From positions 726,324-790,323 of the forward strand of contig OZ252251.1 of assembly GCA_965249725.1 (NCBI GenBank): a stretch of 64,000 nt of DNA, given 5' to 3'. The notes beneath the pieces were generated by a model. That model saw nothing but the letters and a program-made list of their open reading frames with translations. It was not told the origin of the DNA and ran no database searches. A program made the position numbers and the translations under genes. The DNA comes from Longimicrobiales bacterium. GTDB taxonomy: Bacteria; Gemmatimonadota; Gemmatimonadetes; Longimicrobiales; Gaopeijiaceae. Within the stretch, counting starts at the first letter, position 1; every line of letters begins with the position of its first letter. Below are positions 40,218 through 51,779 of this stretch, piece after piece.

Positions 40218-41897
40218 ATGAGCAACGAGCAGTTCATCTACGTGATGAAGGACCTGCGAAAGCTCGTCCCACCGAAACGCGAGATCCTCAAAGGGATCTG
40301 GCTGTCCTTCTATCACGGGGCGAAGATCGGGGTGGTGGGACCCAACGGGTCCGGCAAGAGCACGCTGCTACGCATCATGGCAGGGCTCGATGACGATTTT
40401 CTGGGGGATGCCTGGGCGGCCAAAGGCACCCGGGTGAGCTATCTGGCCCAGGAGCCCGAGCTCGACCCCACCCTGGATGTTCGCGGCAATGTCGAAGAGG
40501 GTGTGCGCGAGACCCGTGATCTCCTCACACAGTTCGAGGAGGTCAGCATGCAGTTCGCGGAACCCATGAGCGACGACGAGATGGAGTCGCTCATCGCCAA
40601 GCAATCCCGCCTACAGGATCGAATCGACGCCTCCAACGCTTGGGATCTCGATAGGAGGGTGGAAATCGCCATGGAGGCGCTCCGCCTCCCCCCTCCCGAC
40701 ACTGACGTCACGACGCTTTCTGGGGGTGAACGGAGGCGAGTCGCTCTATGTCGGGTACTGCTCGAGGAGCCGGACATGCTCCTGCTGGACGAGCCCACCA
40801 ATCACTTGGACGCCGAATCGGTCGCTTGGCTCGAGCGGTTCCTGGCCGACTTCACGGGCACGATCGTCGCCATCACGCACGACCGCTACTTCCTCGACAA
40901 CGTCGCAGAGTGGATCCTCGAGCTCGACCGCGGCGAGGGAATCCCCTGGAAGGGCAACTACTCCTCCTGGCTCGAGCAGAAGCGGGAGCGACTGCGGGTC
41001 GAGGAGAAGCAGGCGTCGACCCGACAGGGCACCTTGGAGCGTGAGTTGGAGTGGATCCGGATGGCGCCTCGGGCTCGTCACGCCAAGGGCAAGGCGCGCA
41101 TCGGCGCGTACGAGGATCTTCTGGCTCAGGACGAGCGTGAGCAGGTCAAGACGGCAGAGATTCTCATCCCGAAGGGCCCTCGCCTAGGCAACGACGTGGT
41201 GCTTTGCGAGGGAGTGAAGAAGGGCTACGACGAGGTCTTGCTGTTGGAGCATCTCTCCTTTTCGCTTCCCCCTGGCGCGATCGTGGGCATTATCGGGCCC
41301 AACGGCGCAGGCAAAACGACCCTCTTCCGCATGATCACAGATCAGGAAGAGCCTGATGCAGGCACCATGCAGCTGGGTCAGACCGTCCAACTCGCCTATG
41401 TCGACCAGTCGAGGGCGGATCTCGATCCCGAGAAGACCGTGTTCGAGGAGGTGGCGCAGGGTCAGGAAATCCTCGAGTTCGGGCGGGTCGAGGTGAACCC
41501 GCGCGCCTACTTGTCCTGGTTCAACTTCCGGGGCGCAGATCAGCAGAAGAAAGTCGGGGTGCTCTCGGGAGGGGAGCGGAATCGCCTGCACCTGGCCAAG
41601 CTCCTCAAGGAAGGCGGGAACCTCATTCTCCTGGATGAGCCCACCAACGATCTCGACGTCGACACCCTGCGGGCCCTCGAGGAGGCGCTGCTGTCGTTTG
41701 CGGGCTCGGTCATGGTCATCTCTCACGACCGCTGGTTCTTGGACCGAATCGCGACTCACATCCTGGCCTTCGAGGGTGAGAGCAAGGCCGTCTGGTTCGA
41801 GGGCAACTACCAGGAATACGAGGAGGACCGACGTCGGCGCCTGGGGGCGGAAGCCGACCAGCCGCATCGCATCAAGTACAAGAAGCTGGCGCTCTGA
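40218..41897 (+). CDS. ettA: energy-dependent translational throttle protein EttA (ABC-F)
   Basis: 559 aa; two ABC domains; LSGGERRRVALC, LSGGERNRLHLA; PHRIKYKKL end. Confidence 0.95.
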   Translation: MSNEQFIYVMKDLRKLVPPKREILKGIWLSFYHGAKIGVVGPNGSGKSTLLRIMAGLDDDFLGDAWAAKGTRVSYLAQEPELDPTLDVRGNVEEGVRETRDLLTQFEEVSMQFAEPMSDDEMESLIAKQSRLQDRIDASNAWDLDRRVEIAMEALRLPPPDTDVTTLSGGERRRVALCRVLLEEPDMLLLDEPTNHLDAESVAWLERFLADFTGTIVAITHDRYFLDNVAEWILELDRGEGIPWKGNYSSWLEQKRERLRVEEKQASTRQGTLERELEWIRMAPRARHAKGKARIGAYEDLLAQDEREQVKTAEILIPKGPRLGNDVVLCEGVKKGYDEVLLLEHLSFSLPPGAIVGIIGPNGAGKTTLFRMITDQEEPDAGTMQLGQTVQLAYVDQSRADLDPEKTVFEEVAQGQEILEFGRVEVNPRAYLSWFNFRGADQQKKVGVLSGGERNRLHLAKLLKEGGNLILLDEPTNDLDVDTLRALEEALLSFAGSVMVISHDRWFLDRIATHILAFEGESKAVWFEGNYQEYEEDRRRRLGAEADQPHRIKYKKLAL

Positions 41898-42020
41898 CGG
41901 AAAGAACCTTCGTGCGTAGCGCGACGGGGGTGTTTATCTTTATATGGGGATGCTTCCCTGGAGCCGTTCGAGCACGCTTCGGGGAGGCGTTTTAGTCTAC
42001 AGGCGTTGACGAGGCGACCG

Positions 42021-42587
42021 ATGGAGCCGGACAGGCCCGAAGACCCGGAGACTCAGCCGGAAGGCGATCAGCCTGAAGAAGCTGAGACTCTCGATGTGGA
42101 GCTCAGCGAGGCCAGCGAGCGCGATGACGTTGTGGCAGCCGTTATGCGTGAGCAGAGCGAGAAGGCCGAGCACGAGGAGGAAACTCGCGAAGAGCTCCTG
42201 CGTACGCAGGGATACGGTGTCCGGCATTTGGCCCTCGCACTCGCCACGGCTATCTCCGTCTGGATCTGGATCTGGCCCCCCACCGTTCTGCGTATCCAGT
42301 CGCCGGGCCCACCCCCGACCGAACAGGAAGAGGCGACCCTCAGGCTAGTCATGTACTTCCAGGCGCAGAAGATCGAGCAATACCGGCTCGATACCGGACG
42401 AGTGCCCATCGATCTCGAAGACGCGGGGCCCGTCTTCCAGGGCATGGAGTACATCCGACTCACCGACCGCGACTACCGGATTCTCGGCCGTACGTCACGG
42501 GTCATCCTTTCCTACTCGTCCGTTGAGCCCATCGACGATTTCGTCGGCGAGGGCGCCGACATTCTCGACTTGGCAGTGCTCGACTGA
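42021..42587 (+). CDS. single-TM hypothetical protein, pseudopilin-like C-terminus
   Basis: Acidic N-terminus, TM helix, IEQYRLDTGRVP (GspG-like). Confidence 0.7.
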   Translation: MEPDRPEDPETQPEGDQPEEAETLDVELSEASERDDVVAAVMREQSEKAEHEEETREELLRTQGYGVRHLALALATAISVWIWIWPPTVLRIQSPGPPPTEQEEATLRLVMYFQAQKIEQYRLDTGRVPIDLEDAGPVFQGMEYIRLTDRDYRILGRTSRVILSYSSVEPIDDFVGEGADILDLAVLD

Positions 42588-43051
42588 TGGACCAGACGCA
42601 GCGTCGCGGATTCACCGTCGTGGAGGCCGTCACGATCATGATGATCGTGAGCGTCCTGACGCGCATCGCAATCCCTCAGATGCAGGAAGTGCTAACCCGG
42701 GCACGCGCCACCGAGGTCAGGGCCTCGTTCAGCGTCGTGGAGGAAGCGGCCACGCGACTGTCCATCGAGAACAACCCATGGCCTGACGACACCGATCCCG
42801 GCGTAGTGCCCCCGGAGTTGGTCGATATGCTCCCAGCCAACTTCTCCTTCGACAGGGAAAGGTATCAGCTCGATTGGGAGCACTGGATTCTCCCGGGCGG
42901 CATGCCTGGAGACCTCTCGATCAGGGGGCTCGTCGGCATCTCCATTACCACGTCGGATCGGGCACTGGGCCTGGCTCTTTTGGACCTTATTCCGAGCAAC
43001 GCCAAGTTCGAGCTGGGCGAGACCTACACCTTCATCTTCGCCACGCAGTAG
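42587..43051 (+). CDS. prepilin-type (type IV pilin/pseudopilin) protein
   Basis: RRG|FTVVE class III signal peptide. Confidence 0.85.
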   Translation: MDQTQRRGFTVVEAVTIMMIVSVLTRIAIPQMQEVLTRARATEVRASFSVVEEAATRLSIENNPWPDDTDPGVVPPELVDMLPANFSFDRERYQLDWEHWILPGGMPGDLSIRGLVGISITTSDRALGLALLDLIPSNAKFELGETYTFIFATQ

Positions 43052-43110
43052 ACCCGCCCCCCGGGCCCCCGGCCGACTCCTCCCCGGGGCACCTCCTTCT
43101 AGAGGGCTCC

Positions 43111-46100
43111 CTACTGCAGGTCTTCGGCGATAGGTGTCCGCATGATGCGCTGCAATGTCTCGATGTGGCGCTCCAACTCCACCTCCAGTACCTGCAGGCG
43201 CTCATAGGCGTCCACCCCGGGTCTCTGATCCGCCCGTGACGTCATGCCATACAGGTAGCTCAGCTGATCAACCAACATGGGTGTTTGGTAGCTGCCGTCC
43301 GTTCTCGAAACCAGCGCCGCCTCCACCTCGGCGAGCGCCTCCAGCGCGGCCAGCGCCCGGGCGGCCGCGTCTCGGCCCGCCTCGCCTCCCGCCTCCATGT
43401 CCTCCTGGGCCGACGCGAGGTCGCGTACGGCCAAACGTCCGCGGATCAGAGCGTCCCGGATGCGGATGTTGAGGGCGAACTGCTCCTGCATGTCCGCCAA
43501 CGTGACGTTGTCATCCGCCACTCTTGGGTCCACGAGAACGTCGAGGGTATGGCTCCGCGTCTCACCGTCTACGGTCAACCGGACCTCGAACTCACCGGGC
43601 ACGGCCAACGGACCGCGGCCCGCCAGTCCCCCGGGATATTGCAGGTTCCACACGAAGCGGTGCATCCCCGCCGTCGTCGCGACCCGTGGCTCTCCCCCAC
43701 CGCTCGCGGCCGGCGCACCCATCGCCTCGAACTCGGCGTAAGGATAGGCACCGTCGGCGCTCTTATAGCCCCGTACGATCGCCCCCTCATGGTCGAGAAT
43801 CTCCAGGGTCACCTCGCCGGCGTCGCCCCCGAGATAGTAGTCGATCAGGGCTCCGGGCTGTGGATATTCGGGCTGGCCCGAACCGGACCCGCCACCCCTT
43901 CGGCCACCACCGCGAACCCGATAGGCGTCCTTCGGCTGGAACAGATGGACTCGAGCGGAGGCCAGAGTCTCGTCGATCTCATGCAAGGGCGTGACGTCGT
44001 CCAGGATCCAGAACGACCGGCCCATCGTGGATATGACGAGGTCTTGGTTGTGGACCCTCAAGTCGGTGATCGGCGTGACAGGTAGATCCAATTGGAAAGA
44101 TTGCCAGTGCCCACCGTCGTCGAACGAGATGAACATGCCGAATTCGGTGCCCGCATACAGAAGCCCCGACCGGTCGGGATCTTCACGAACCACCCGGGTC
44201 GGGTAATCGTCCGGAATCCCGTTGGTCCCGTCGGTGAGGAGGGTCCAGGTCTCCCCGTAGTCGTCGGTCCGGTAGATGTAAGGGCGGAAGTCGTCCAACA
44301 GATACCGATAGCCGGCAACGTAGGCGCTGCCCCCACGATGCGGAGACGGATCGATGTTCTGGATACGGCCTTCCGGCGGCATGTCCGGAGGGGTGACGTC
44401 TGTCCATGATACCCCGTCGTCCCGGGTCACATACACCGGTCCGTCGTTGGCCCCGGTCCAGATGACCCCCCGCTCGACTGGAGACTCTTCGATGACGTAG
44501 AGCACGCTGTAGTGCTCCTCGCCCGTGATGTCGCGAGTGATGGGCGTCCCTGAAATCACCTGGCGCTCCGGTCGAAACGCCGTCAGGTCGGGGCTCAGCT
44601 GCTCCCACGTGACTCCCTCGTCCCGGGTGCGATGCACGAACTGCGATCCGTGGTACACCGTCCCGGGGTCATGGGGCGAGACTTCGATGGGGACGACTCG
44701 TTGGAAGCGGTACGGCAGCTCACCGGGATTGACGCCATAAAGGTTGACGGCACCCACGTAGTACTGCTTCTCCTGGCCCGTACTGTGATTGTACCGCCCG
44801 AAACGCCCCTTGCAGTTCGCATAGACGATGTTGGGATCGCCCGGCTTCGGCACGACGGGGCCTGTCTCACACCCCCCGACCGCCATCCAGTAGCTCTCAG
44901 GGCCCGACAGACCACTGACCTCGGGCACTCGGCTCGGCAGCATGATGGTGCTGTTGTCCTGCTGCCCCGCGTAGAGCCAGTACGGGAAGCGATCGTCCAC
45001 GTCGACCTGGTACAGCTCGGCGGTGGGCTGATTCGACTGGGTCGACCAAGTGAGGCCCCCGTCGCGCGTGACGTTGGCGCCCCCGTCGTTGGACTGGACC
45101 ATGACCAGCGGGTCGATGGGATTGATCCACAGGTCGTGGTTGTCCCCATGGGGTGTGGAGCGCCGTTCGAAGGTCACGCCACCATCCGTGGACTTCCAGA
45201 ACTGCGTCGCGTTCACATAGATGACGTCCGCATCGGTCGGGTCGGCATCGATGTTGGTATAGTAGAACGGCCGATCCAACAGCGGCTTGTGGTTCGTGAC
45301 CATCCGCCAGCTACTTCCGGCGTCGTCGGAGCGGTAGAGCCCCTCTTCGGGCTCATTGGTCTCGACGAGCGCGTAGACGCGGTCCGGATCGTCCAAAGAC
45401 ACGGCGAGATCGATCTTGCCGATGAGTCCGGCAGGCAGACCCACGTCCATGTAGGTCCACGTGTCACCGCCGTCCCGTGAGCGCCAGATCCCGTCCTCCT
45501 CAGCGGAAGCCTCCATGCCGCTGATGATGGTCCACGGCTTGCGCTCGCCCCGCCACATCGCCGCATAGAGTGTATTGGGGTCGGTCGGGTGCATCTCCAG
45601 GTCGATCGCGCCGACCGAGTCCGAGGTGAAGAGCACATGGTCCCAGCCGGACCCGCCGTTGCTGCTTCGATAAACGCCCCGCTCCGCATTCCGCCCGAAC
45701 GCGTGACCGAGAGCCGCGGCATACACCAGATCCGGGTTTCGGGGGTGGATGACCAACGCGCCGACCTGGCCCATATCGCGAAGGCCGATGTCGCTCCAGG
45801 TCTCACCGGCGTCATCGGACCGGTAGGCACCTCGGCCGGCGATGACGTTGCTTCGGATGCCGTCCGAGCCCGTACCCACGTACACGACTCGGGGTTTTGA
45901 CGGGGCCACCCGGATGGCACCGATGGACGCGGTAGCAAAGTACCCGTCCGACTGGTTCCACCAGCTCTGGCCGTAGTCCGTAGTCTTCCAAACGCCCCCG
46001 CCGGTGGCCCCCATGTAGAAAGTCCCCTCGGCGCTGGCATGCCCTGCCACGGCCGTCGCCCGGCCGCCTCGTGAGGGGCCGACCATCCTGTAGTCCAAGT

Positions 46101-46233
46101 CGGCGAAAAGGGCCGGATCGTAGGCCAGGTTCGGATCGGTGGAGGTCTGTCCCGCAAGGTCCGCCGCACCCAAGGACGCCAACGCAGCGAGGACCAGCCC
46201 CGCCGATCTTCTATGAACGCTTCTCATCCACAT
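43111..46233 (-). CDS. VPS10/BNR-repeat glycosyl hydrolase-like secreted protein
   Basis: GPSRGGR, many SxDxGxTW Asp-boxes, AGQQDN; signal peptide; start approximate. Confidence 0.9.
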   Translation of the reverse strand: MWMRSVHRRSAGLVLAALASLGAADLAGQTSTDPNLAYDPALFADLDYRMVGPSRGGRATAVAGHASAEGTFYMGATGGGVWKTTDYGQSWWNQSDGYFATASIGAIRVAPSKPRVVYVGTGSDGIRSNVIAGRGAYRSDDAGETWSDIGLRDMGQVGALVIHPRNPDLVYAAALGHAFGRNAERGVYRSSNGGSGWDHVLFTSDSVGAIDLEMHPTDPNTLYAAMWRGERKPWTIISGMEASAEEDGIWRSRDGGDTWTYMDVGLPAGLIGKIDLAVSLDDPDRVYALVETNEPEEGLYRSDDAGSSWRMVTNHKPLLDRPFYYTNIDADPTDADVIYVNATQFWKSTDGGVTFERRSTPHGDNHDLWINPIDPLVMVQSNDGGANVTRDGGLTWSTQSNQPTAELYQVDVDDRFPYWLYAGQQDNSTIMLPSRVPEVSGLSGPESYWMAVGGCETGPVVPKPGDPNIVYANCKGRFGRYNHSTGQEKQYYVGAVNLYGVNPGELPYRFQRVVPIEVSPHDPGTVYHGSQFVHRTRDEGVTWEQLSPDLTAFRPERQVISGTPITRDITGEEHYSVLYVIEESPVERGVIWTGANDGPVYVTRDDGVSWTDVTPPDMPPEGRIQNIDPSPHRGGSAYVAGYRYLLDDFRPYIYRTDDYGETWTLLTDGTNGIPDDYPTRVVREDPDRSGLLYAGTEFGMFISFDDGGHWQSFQLDLPVTPITDLRVHNQDLVISTMGRSFWILDDVTPLHEIDETLASARVHLFQPKDAYRVRGGGRRGGGSGSGQPEYPQPGALIDYYLGGDAGEVTLEILDHEGAIVRGYKSADGAYPYAEFEAMGAPAASGGGEPRVATTAGMHRFVWNLQYPGGLAGRGPLAVPGEFEVRLTVDGETRSHTLDVLVDPRVADDNVTLADMQEQFALNIRIRDALIRGRLAVRDLASAQEDMEAGGEAGRDAAARALAALEALAEVEAALVSRTDGSYQTPMLVDQLSYLYGMTSRADQRPGVDAYERLQVLEVELERHIETLQRIMRTPIAEDLQ

Positions 46234-46397
46234 GACACGACTCCGCACTGCTAGTGGTCGATCTCGATAGTGTTGCCATTGCTCAATCATCTTGCCGTAT
46301 CGGTGGGGGTCGGTCAAACGCATGAAATCGCTGACAACCGCTCGAGTCAGGACCCGAATTGCTTGACCGCGTCAGGGCGGACTATCTTGGATGTGAA

Positions 46398-46478
46398 CCG
46401 CCAGGGGTACCCCACGCCGACGGGGTTGAGACAGTCCCTTGGAACCTGATCCGGCTGACACCGGCGTAGGGAGCGCGG
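46398..46478 (+). ncRNA. TPP riboswitch
   Basis: GGGG...TGAGA...CCCTTGGAACCTGATCCGG...ACCGGCGTAGGGA upstream of thiC. Confidence 0.9.
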
Positions 46479-46483
46479 CATGA

Positions 46484-48337
<1,854 letters not shown>

Positions 48338-48347
48338 GTTCGCTCAG

Positions 48348-48425
48348 CCCGGTCGGGCCACCCGGTCGGGCCACCCGGTTGGGCCACCCGGTTGGGCCAC
48401 CCGGTTGGGCCACCCGGTTGGGCTA
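48348..48425. repeat. 13-bp tandem repeat between convergent genes
   Basis: CCCGGTYGGGCCA x6. Confidence 0.95.
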
Positions 48426-48435
48426 CTAGGGCGAG

Positions 48436-48888
48436 CTAGCCCTCGTCCTCCCAGCGTACGGCATCACCGACGCGCACCGTCGCGTCGTTCAGCACGCCTC
48501 CGTGCGCTCCACCCCTCCAATGGGGCGAAAGCGCGTCCTTCAGGCCTTCGCACGCCCGATCCATGATCGCGCACGGGCGGGTCTCTCCGCGGATGCGGAT
48601 GCGGAGGTCGCCCAGGGCGAGCACCTGGTGCTTGCTGTCCTCCAAACGAATCCCGCTCAGCAGGAAGTTCGCACGCCGCATGCTCGGCTCAACGTCGTCG
48701 CTCAACTCGTCGGCGAGGGTCTCGAAGACCTCCTTCTCGATGAGCGTGACGTGACGCTGGCCGTCGAGGTCCGCGTTCCCCTCGAGGCCGCGACCCTCCA
48801 CCGCGACCACCTCCTCAACGGTGTCCATCGGACCGCCATGTGACGTCTTGAGCCAGATGCCCTCGATCCGTCCGGCTTCGTCGGTCAC
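48436..48888 (-). CDS. MOSC domain protein
   Basis: GLEGN, RHVTLI, RRANF, TRPC, RGG. Confidence 0.9.
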   Translation of the reverse strand: MTDEAGRIEGIWLKTSHGGPMDTVEEVVAVEGRGLEGNADLDGQRHVTLIEKEVFETLADELSDDVEPSMRRANFLLSGIRLEDSKHQVLALGDLRIRIRGETRPCAIMDRACEGLKDALSPHWRGGAHGGVLNDATVRVGDAVRWEDEG

Positions 48889-48891
48889 GGC

Positions 48892-49947
48892 CTACCGCCA
48901 GCGGCCTTGTAGCTTGTCCAACGCCTCGCTGCCCGGACATAGCTTGTCGTAAGGGACGGTAGCCAGGGCCTCGTCGACCGTGTCCTCGAAGCCGTGCATG
49001 TCCTGCCCGGTAGGCTCGATGTAGAGCAGCCCGGTCGCGACCTCACCTCGCCCCTGCACCTCCCGGAGGTGGTTGTACGCCGCGTTCCGGTCCGTAGGAT
49101 CGTAGCCCTCGCTCACCGAGCGGAAACGCACGGTACTCCCGTCGTGCATCATGACGGCCGTGACCGACCCCTCGGCCTGCTCAGCCATGATCTCGCTTCT
49201 GAGCGGCACGAAGTCGGTCTCGACGACCTCGGTGTTGTGGAACCGGGTGTGGGCGTAGCTCTTGGTCGAGCCCTCGTGGTCGTTGAAGGTCACGCACGGG
49301 GAGATGACGTCCACCAACGCGAAGCCCTTGTGCTTGAGGGCGGCCTTGAGCAGCGGTACCAGCTGGGCCTTGTCCCCGGAGAAGCTGCGCGCCACGAAGG
49401 TCGCCCCCAGGGTGAGCGCAAGTGGAACCGGATCGATGGGATACATCCGGTTGGCCTCGCCCCGCTTGGACAGCGTACCCACGTCCGCGGATGCCGAGAA
49501 CTGCCCCTTCGTGAGAGCATACACGCCGTTGTTCTCGAGCACGTAGGTCATGTCCACGTTGCGCCGTATGGCGTGGCAAAGCTGACCCAGGCCGATCGAC
49601 AACGAGTCGCCGTCTCCGGAGATGCCGATGTAGACGAGTTCCCGGTTGGCTGCGTTGGCGCCCGTGGCGATGGAGGGCATGCGGCCATGCACCGAGTTGA
49701 AGCCGTGAGCCTCGCTCAGAAAGTAGGCCGGCGTCTTGGACGAACAGCCGATGCCGCTCAGCTTGGCCACCCTGTGAGGCGCAACGTCCAACTCGAAAAA
49801 GGTCTGAACGATGGCAGCCGTGATCGAGTCGTGCCCGCAACCGGCGCACAACGTCGACGTGGTGCCCTCGTAATCGCGCTGGGTTAGCCCCAGGGCGTTC
49901 TTCCGAAAACGCGGGTGTCGGACCGTGGGTTTCGCTGTCTGTGCCAT
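48892..49947 (-). CDS. 2-oxoacid:ferredoxin oxidoreductase beta subunit
   Basis: CAGCG, SGIGCS, HGR, GDGD...NN TPP motif, SPCVTFN. Confidence 0.95.
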   Translation of the reverse strand: MAQTAKPTVRHPRFRKNALGLTQRDYEGTTSTLCAGCGHDSITAAIVQTFFELDVAPHRVAKLSGIGCSSKTPAYFLSEAHGFNSVHGRMPSIATGANAANRELVYIGISGDGDSLSIGLGQLCHAIRRNVDMTYVLENNGVYALTKGQFSASADVGTLSKRGEANRMYPIDPVPLALTLGATFVARSFSGDKAQLVPLLKAALKHKGFALVDVISPCVTFNDHEGSTKSYAHTRFHNTEVVETDFVPLRSEIMAEQAEGSVTAVMMHDGSTVRFRSVSEGYDPTDRNAAYNHLREVQGRGEVATGLLYIEPTGQDMHGFEDTVDEALATVPYDKLCPGSEALDKLQGRWR

Positions 49948-49955
49948 GGAGGCTC

Positions 49956-51779
49956 CTACCCCGCTTCCGTCGGGATGAGTCCAAGCTGCTCCCGGACACC
50001 GTCGAGGACATATTCGGCCGTAATCGGAAAGCCTCGATAGTCTCTCACCGATGCGAGCCTACCCTTCTGGATTCCCGTCTCCAGAGAAAGGAGGCGCAGG
50101 AGCTGCGCGTCGCGGTTCAGCTCCACGACGATGTTCGTCTCATGAGCCTCGAGGAACTCCTCGACCGCACTCGAGAAGGGAAACGCCTTGATCCGCATGT
50201 AGTCCACGGCCACCCCTTCGTCCGCCAATCGATCGACCGCCTCGAGCACGGCGCCACGGCAGCTGCCCACGGTGACGATAGAGACCGTCGCGCCATCGGA
50301 CGTGCGTATCTCCGGACTCGGCACCTTCTCCGCGGCGGAGTCGATCTTCCTGGAGATGCGATCCACGACCTCCTTGTAGAGGTCGCCGTCCTCCGTGTAT
50401 CGCCCGAATCGGTCGTGGCCCGAGCCCCTTGTGAAAAAGGCTCCGTCCGGATGCACGCCCGGAAGCGTGCGATAGGGGATGCCATCCCCGTCCACATCCA
50501 TGTACCGGTAAAACTTGTCGAGCCCTTCGATCTCCTCAGCCGAAAGTACCTTGCCCCTGTCGGGCACGTAGTCGTCATCCCATTCCAGACGGTCGCACAT
50601 CCAGTCGTTCATGCCGATGTCCAGATCCGAGACCACGAAAACGGGCGTCTGGAACCAGTCGGCGAGATCGAAGGCCGCTACCGCCATGTGGAAGCACTCC
50701 CCCGGCTCGGCGGGAAAGAGAGCTACGTGCTTGGTGTCACCGTGCGACGCAAAAATCACCGCGAAGAAATCGCCCTGCTGGGTCCGGGTCGGCATGCCCG
50801 TCGACGGGCCCGTGCGCTGAACGTCGAACAGCACAGCGGGGATCTCTGCGTAATAGGCCAAGCCGATGAACTCATTCATCAGGGAGATGCCGGCACCGCT
50901 CGTTGGTGTGAACGCCCTCGCGCCCATCCACGAGGCCCCGAGCACCATCCCGATGGCCGCCAGCTCATCCTCGGCCTGGATGATGCAGTAGAGGTTTTTG
51001 CCGGTTTCAGGGTCGACGCGGAAGCGACTGCAAAACGCCTTGAACGAGTCCATGACCGACGTGGCCGGCGTAATGGGATACCAGGCTCCGACGGTGGCCC
51101 CGGCGTAGACGCAGCCCAGCGCCGCCGCCGCGTTGCCCGTAATGAGCACGCAGTCTCGCGTGCTGTCCATGGTCTCCAACCGCACCGGAAGGGGACAGTC
51201 GAAGTGTTCCTTCGCATACTCGTACCCAAGCCCAATCGCCACCTCGTTCGACTCCAGGAGCTTGGGCTTATTCGAGAACTTCTCGTCGATCAGCGCGTGC
51301 ACCACCTCGGTATCGATATCGAGCAGACCCATCAGCGTGCCGACATACGCGATGTTCGTCATCAGAAGCCGCTCGCGCGCTCCCTCGAAGTTCTCGATGC
51401 ACATCTTGGCCATCGGCACACCCAAAAACGTGACGTCGTCACGCCTCAACTCCTCGTCCAATGGCCGGGTCGAGTCGTAGATGACACAGCCTCCGGGGCT
51501 CACCTCGGCGATGTCCCGCTCGTAGGTCTTGGGGTTCATCGCGACCATGACATCGAGGCTGGCCGACCGAGCATCGTACCCGTCCTTGTTGACCCGGATC
51601 TCGTACCACGTAGGTAGCCCCTGGATGTTCGACGGAAAGACGTTCTTTCCCGAGACGGGGACTCCCATGCGGAAGACCGCCTGCGTGAGCAGACCGTTTG
51701 CACTGGCAGAGCCCGTGCCGTTGACCGTCGCGATCTTCAGGGCGAAGTCGTTTATGCGGGTTCGAGTGTCTCGGACCAA
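49956..51779 (-). CDS. 2-oxoacid:ferredoxin oxidoreductase alpha subunit
   Basis: YPITPA, QAEDELAA, QRTGPSTGMPT. Confidence 0.95.
   Translation of the reverse strand: MVRDTRTRINDFALKIATVNGTGSASANGLLTQAVFRMGVPVSGKNVFPSNIQGLPTWYEIRVNKDGYDARSASLDVMVAMNPKTYERDIAEVSPGGCVIYDSTRPLDEELRRDDVTFLGVPMAKMCIENFEGARERLLMTNIAYVGTLMGLLDIDTEVVHALIDEKFSNKPKLLESNEVAIGLGYEYAKEHFDCPLPVRLETMDSTRDCVLITGNAAAALGCVYAGATVGAWYPITPATSVMDSFKAFCSRFRVDPETGKNLYCIIQAEDELAAIGMVLGASWMGARAFTPTSGAGISLMNEFIGLAYYAEIPAVLFDVQRTGPSTGMPTRTQQGDFFAVIFASHGDTKHVALFPAEPGECFHMAVAAFDLADWFQTPVFVVSDLDIGMNDWMCDRLEWDDDYVPDRGKVLSAEEIEGLDKFYRYMDVDGDGIPYRTLPGVHPDGAFFTRGSGHDRFGRYTEDGDLYKEVVDRISRKIDSAAEKVPSPEIRTSDGATVSIVTVGSCRGAVLEAVDRLADEGVAVDYMRIKAFPFSSAVEEFLEAHETNIVVELNRDAQLLRLLSLETGIQKGRLASVRDYRGFPITAEYVLDGVREQLGLIPTEAG

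Noticed and set aside
40008..40316. N-terminal extension of hemG or a small ORF in the hemG-ettA intergenic region
   Set aside because: The extension overlaps ettA and the FAD-binding motif begins right after 40007; small ORFs here lack an RBS or motifs
48348..48425. CRISPR array (also considered for 9915-9982, 11402-11452 and 59849-59948)
   Set aside because: Head-to-tail repeats with no unique spacers, and no cas genes in the window
49941..51617. Long antisense ORFs (also 2588-3835, 15169-16458, 34097-35524, 52313-53602, 55720-57291)
   Set aside because: Shadow frames of real genes, expected at high GC; no recognisable motifs
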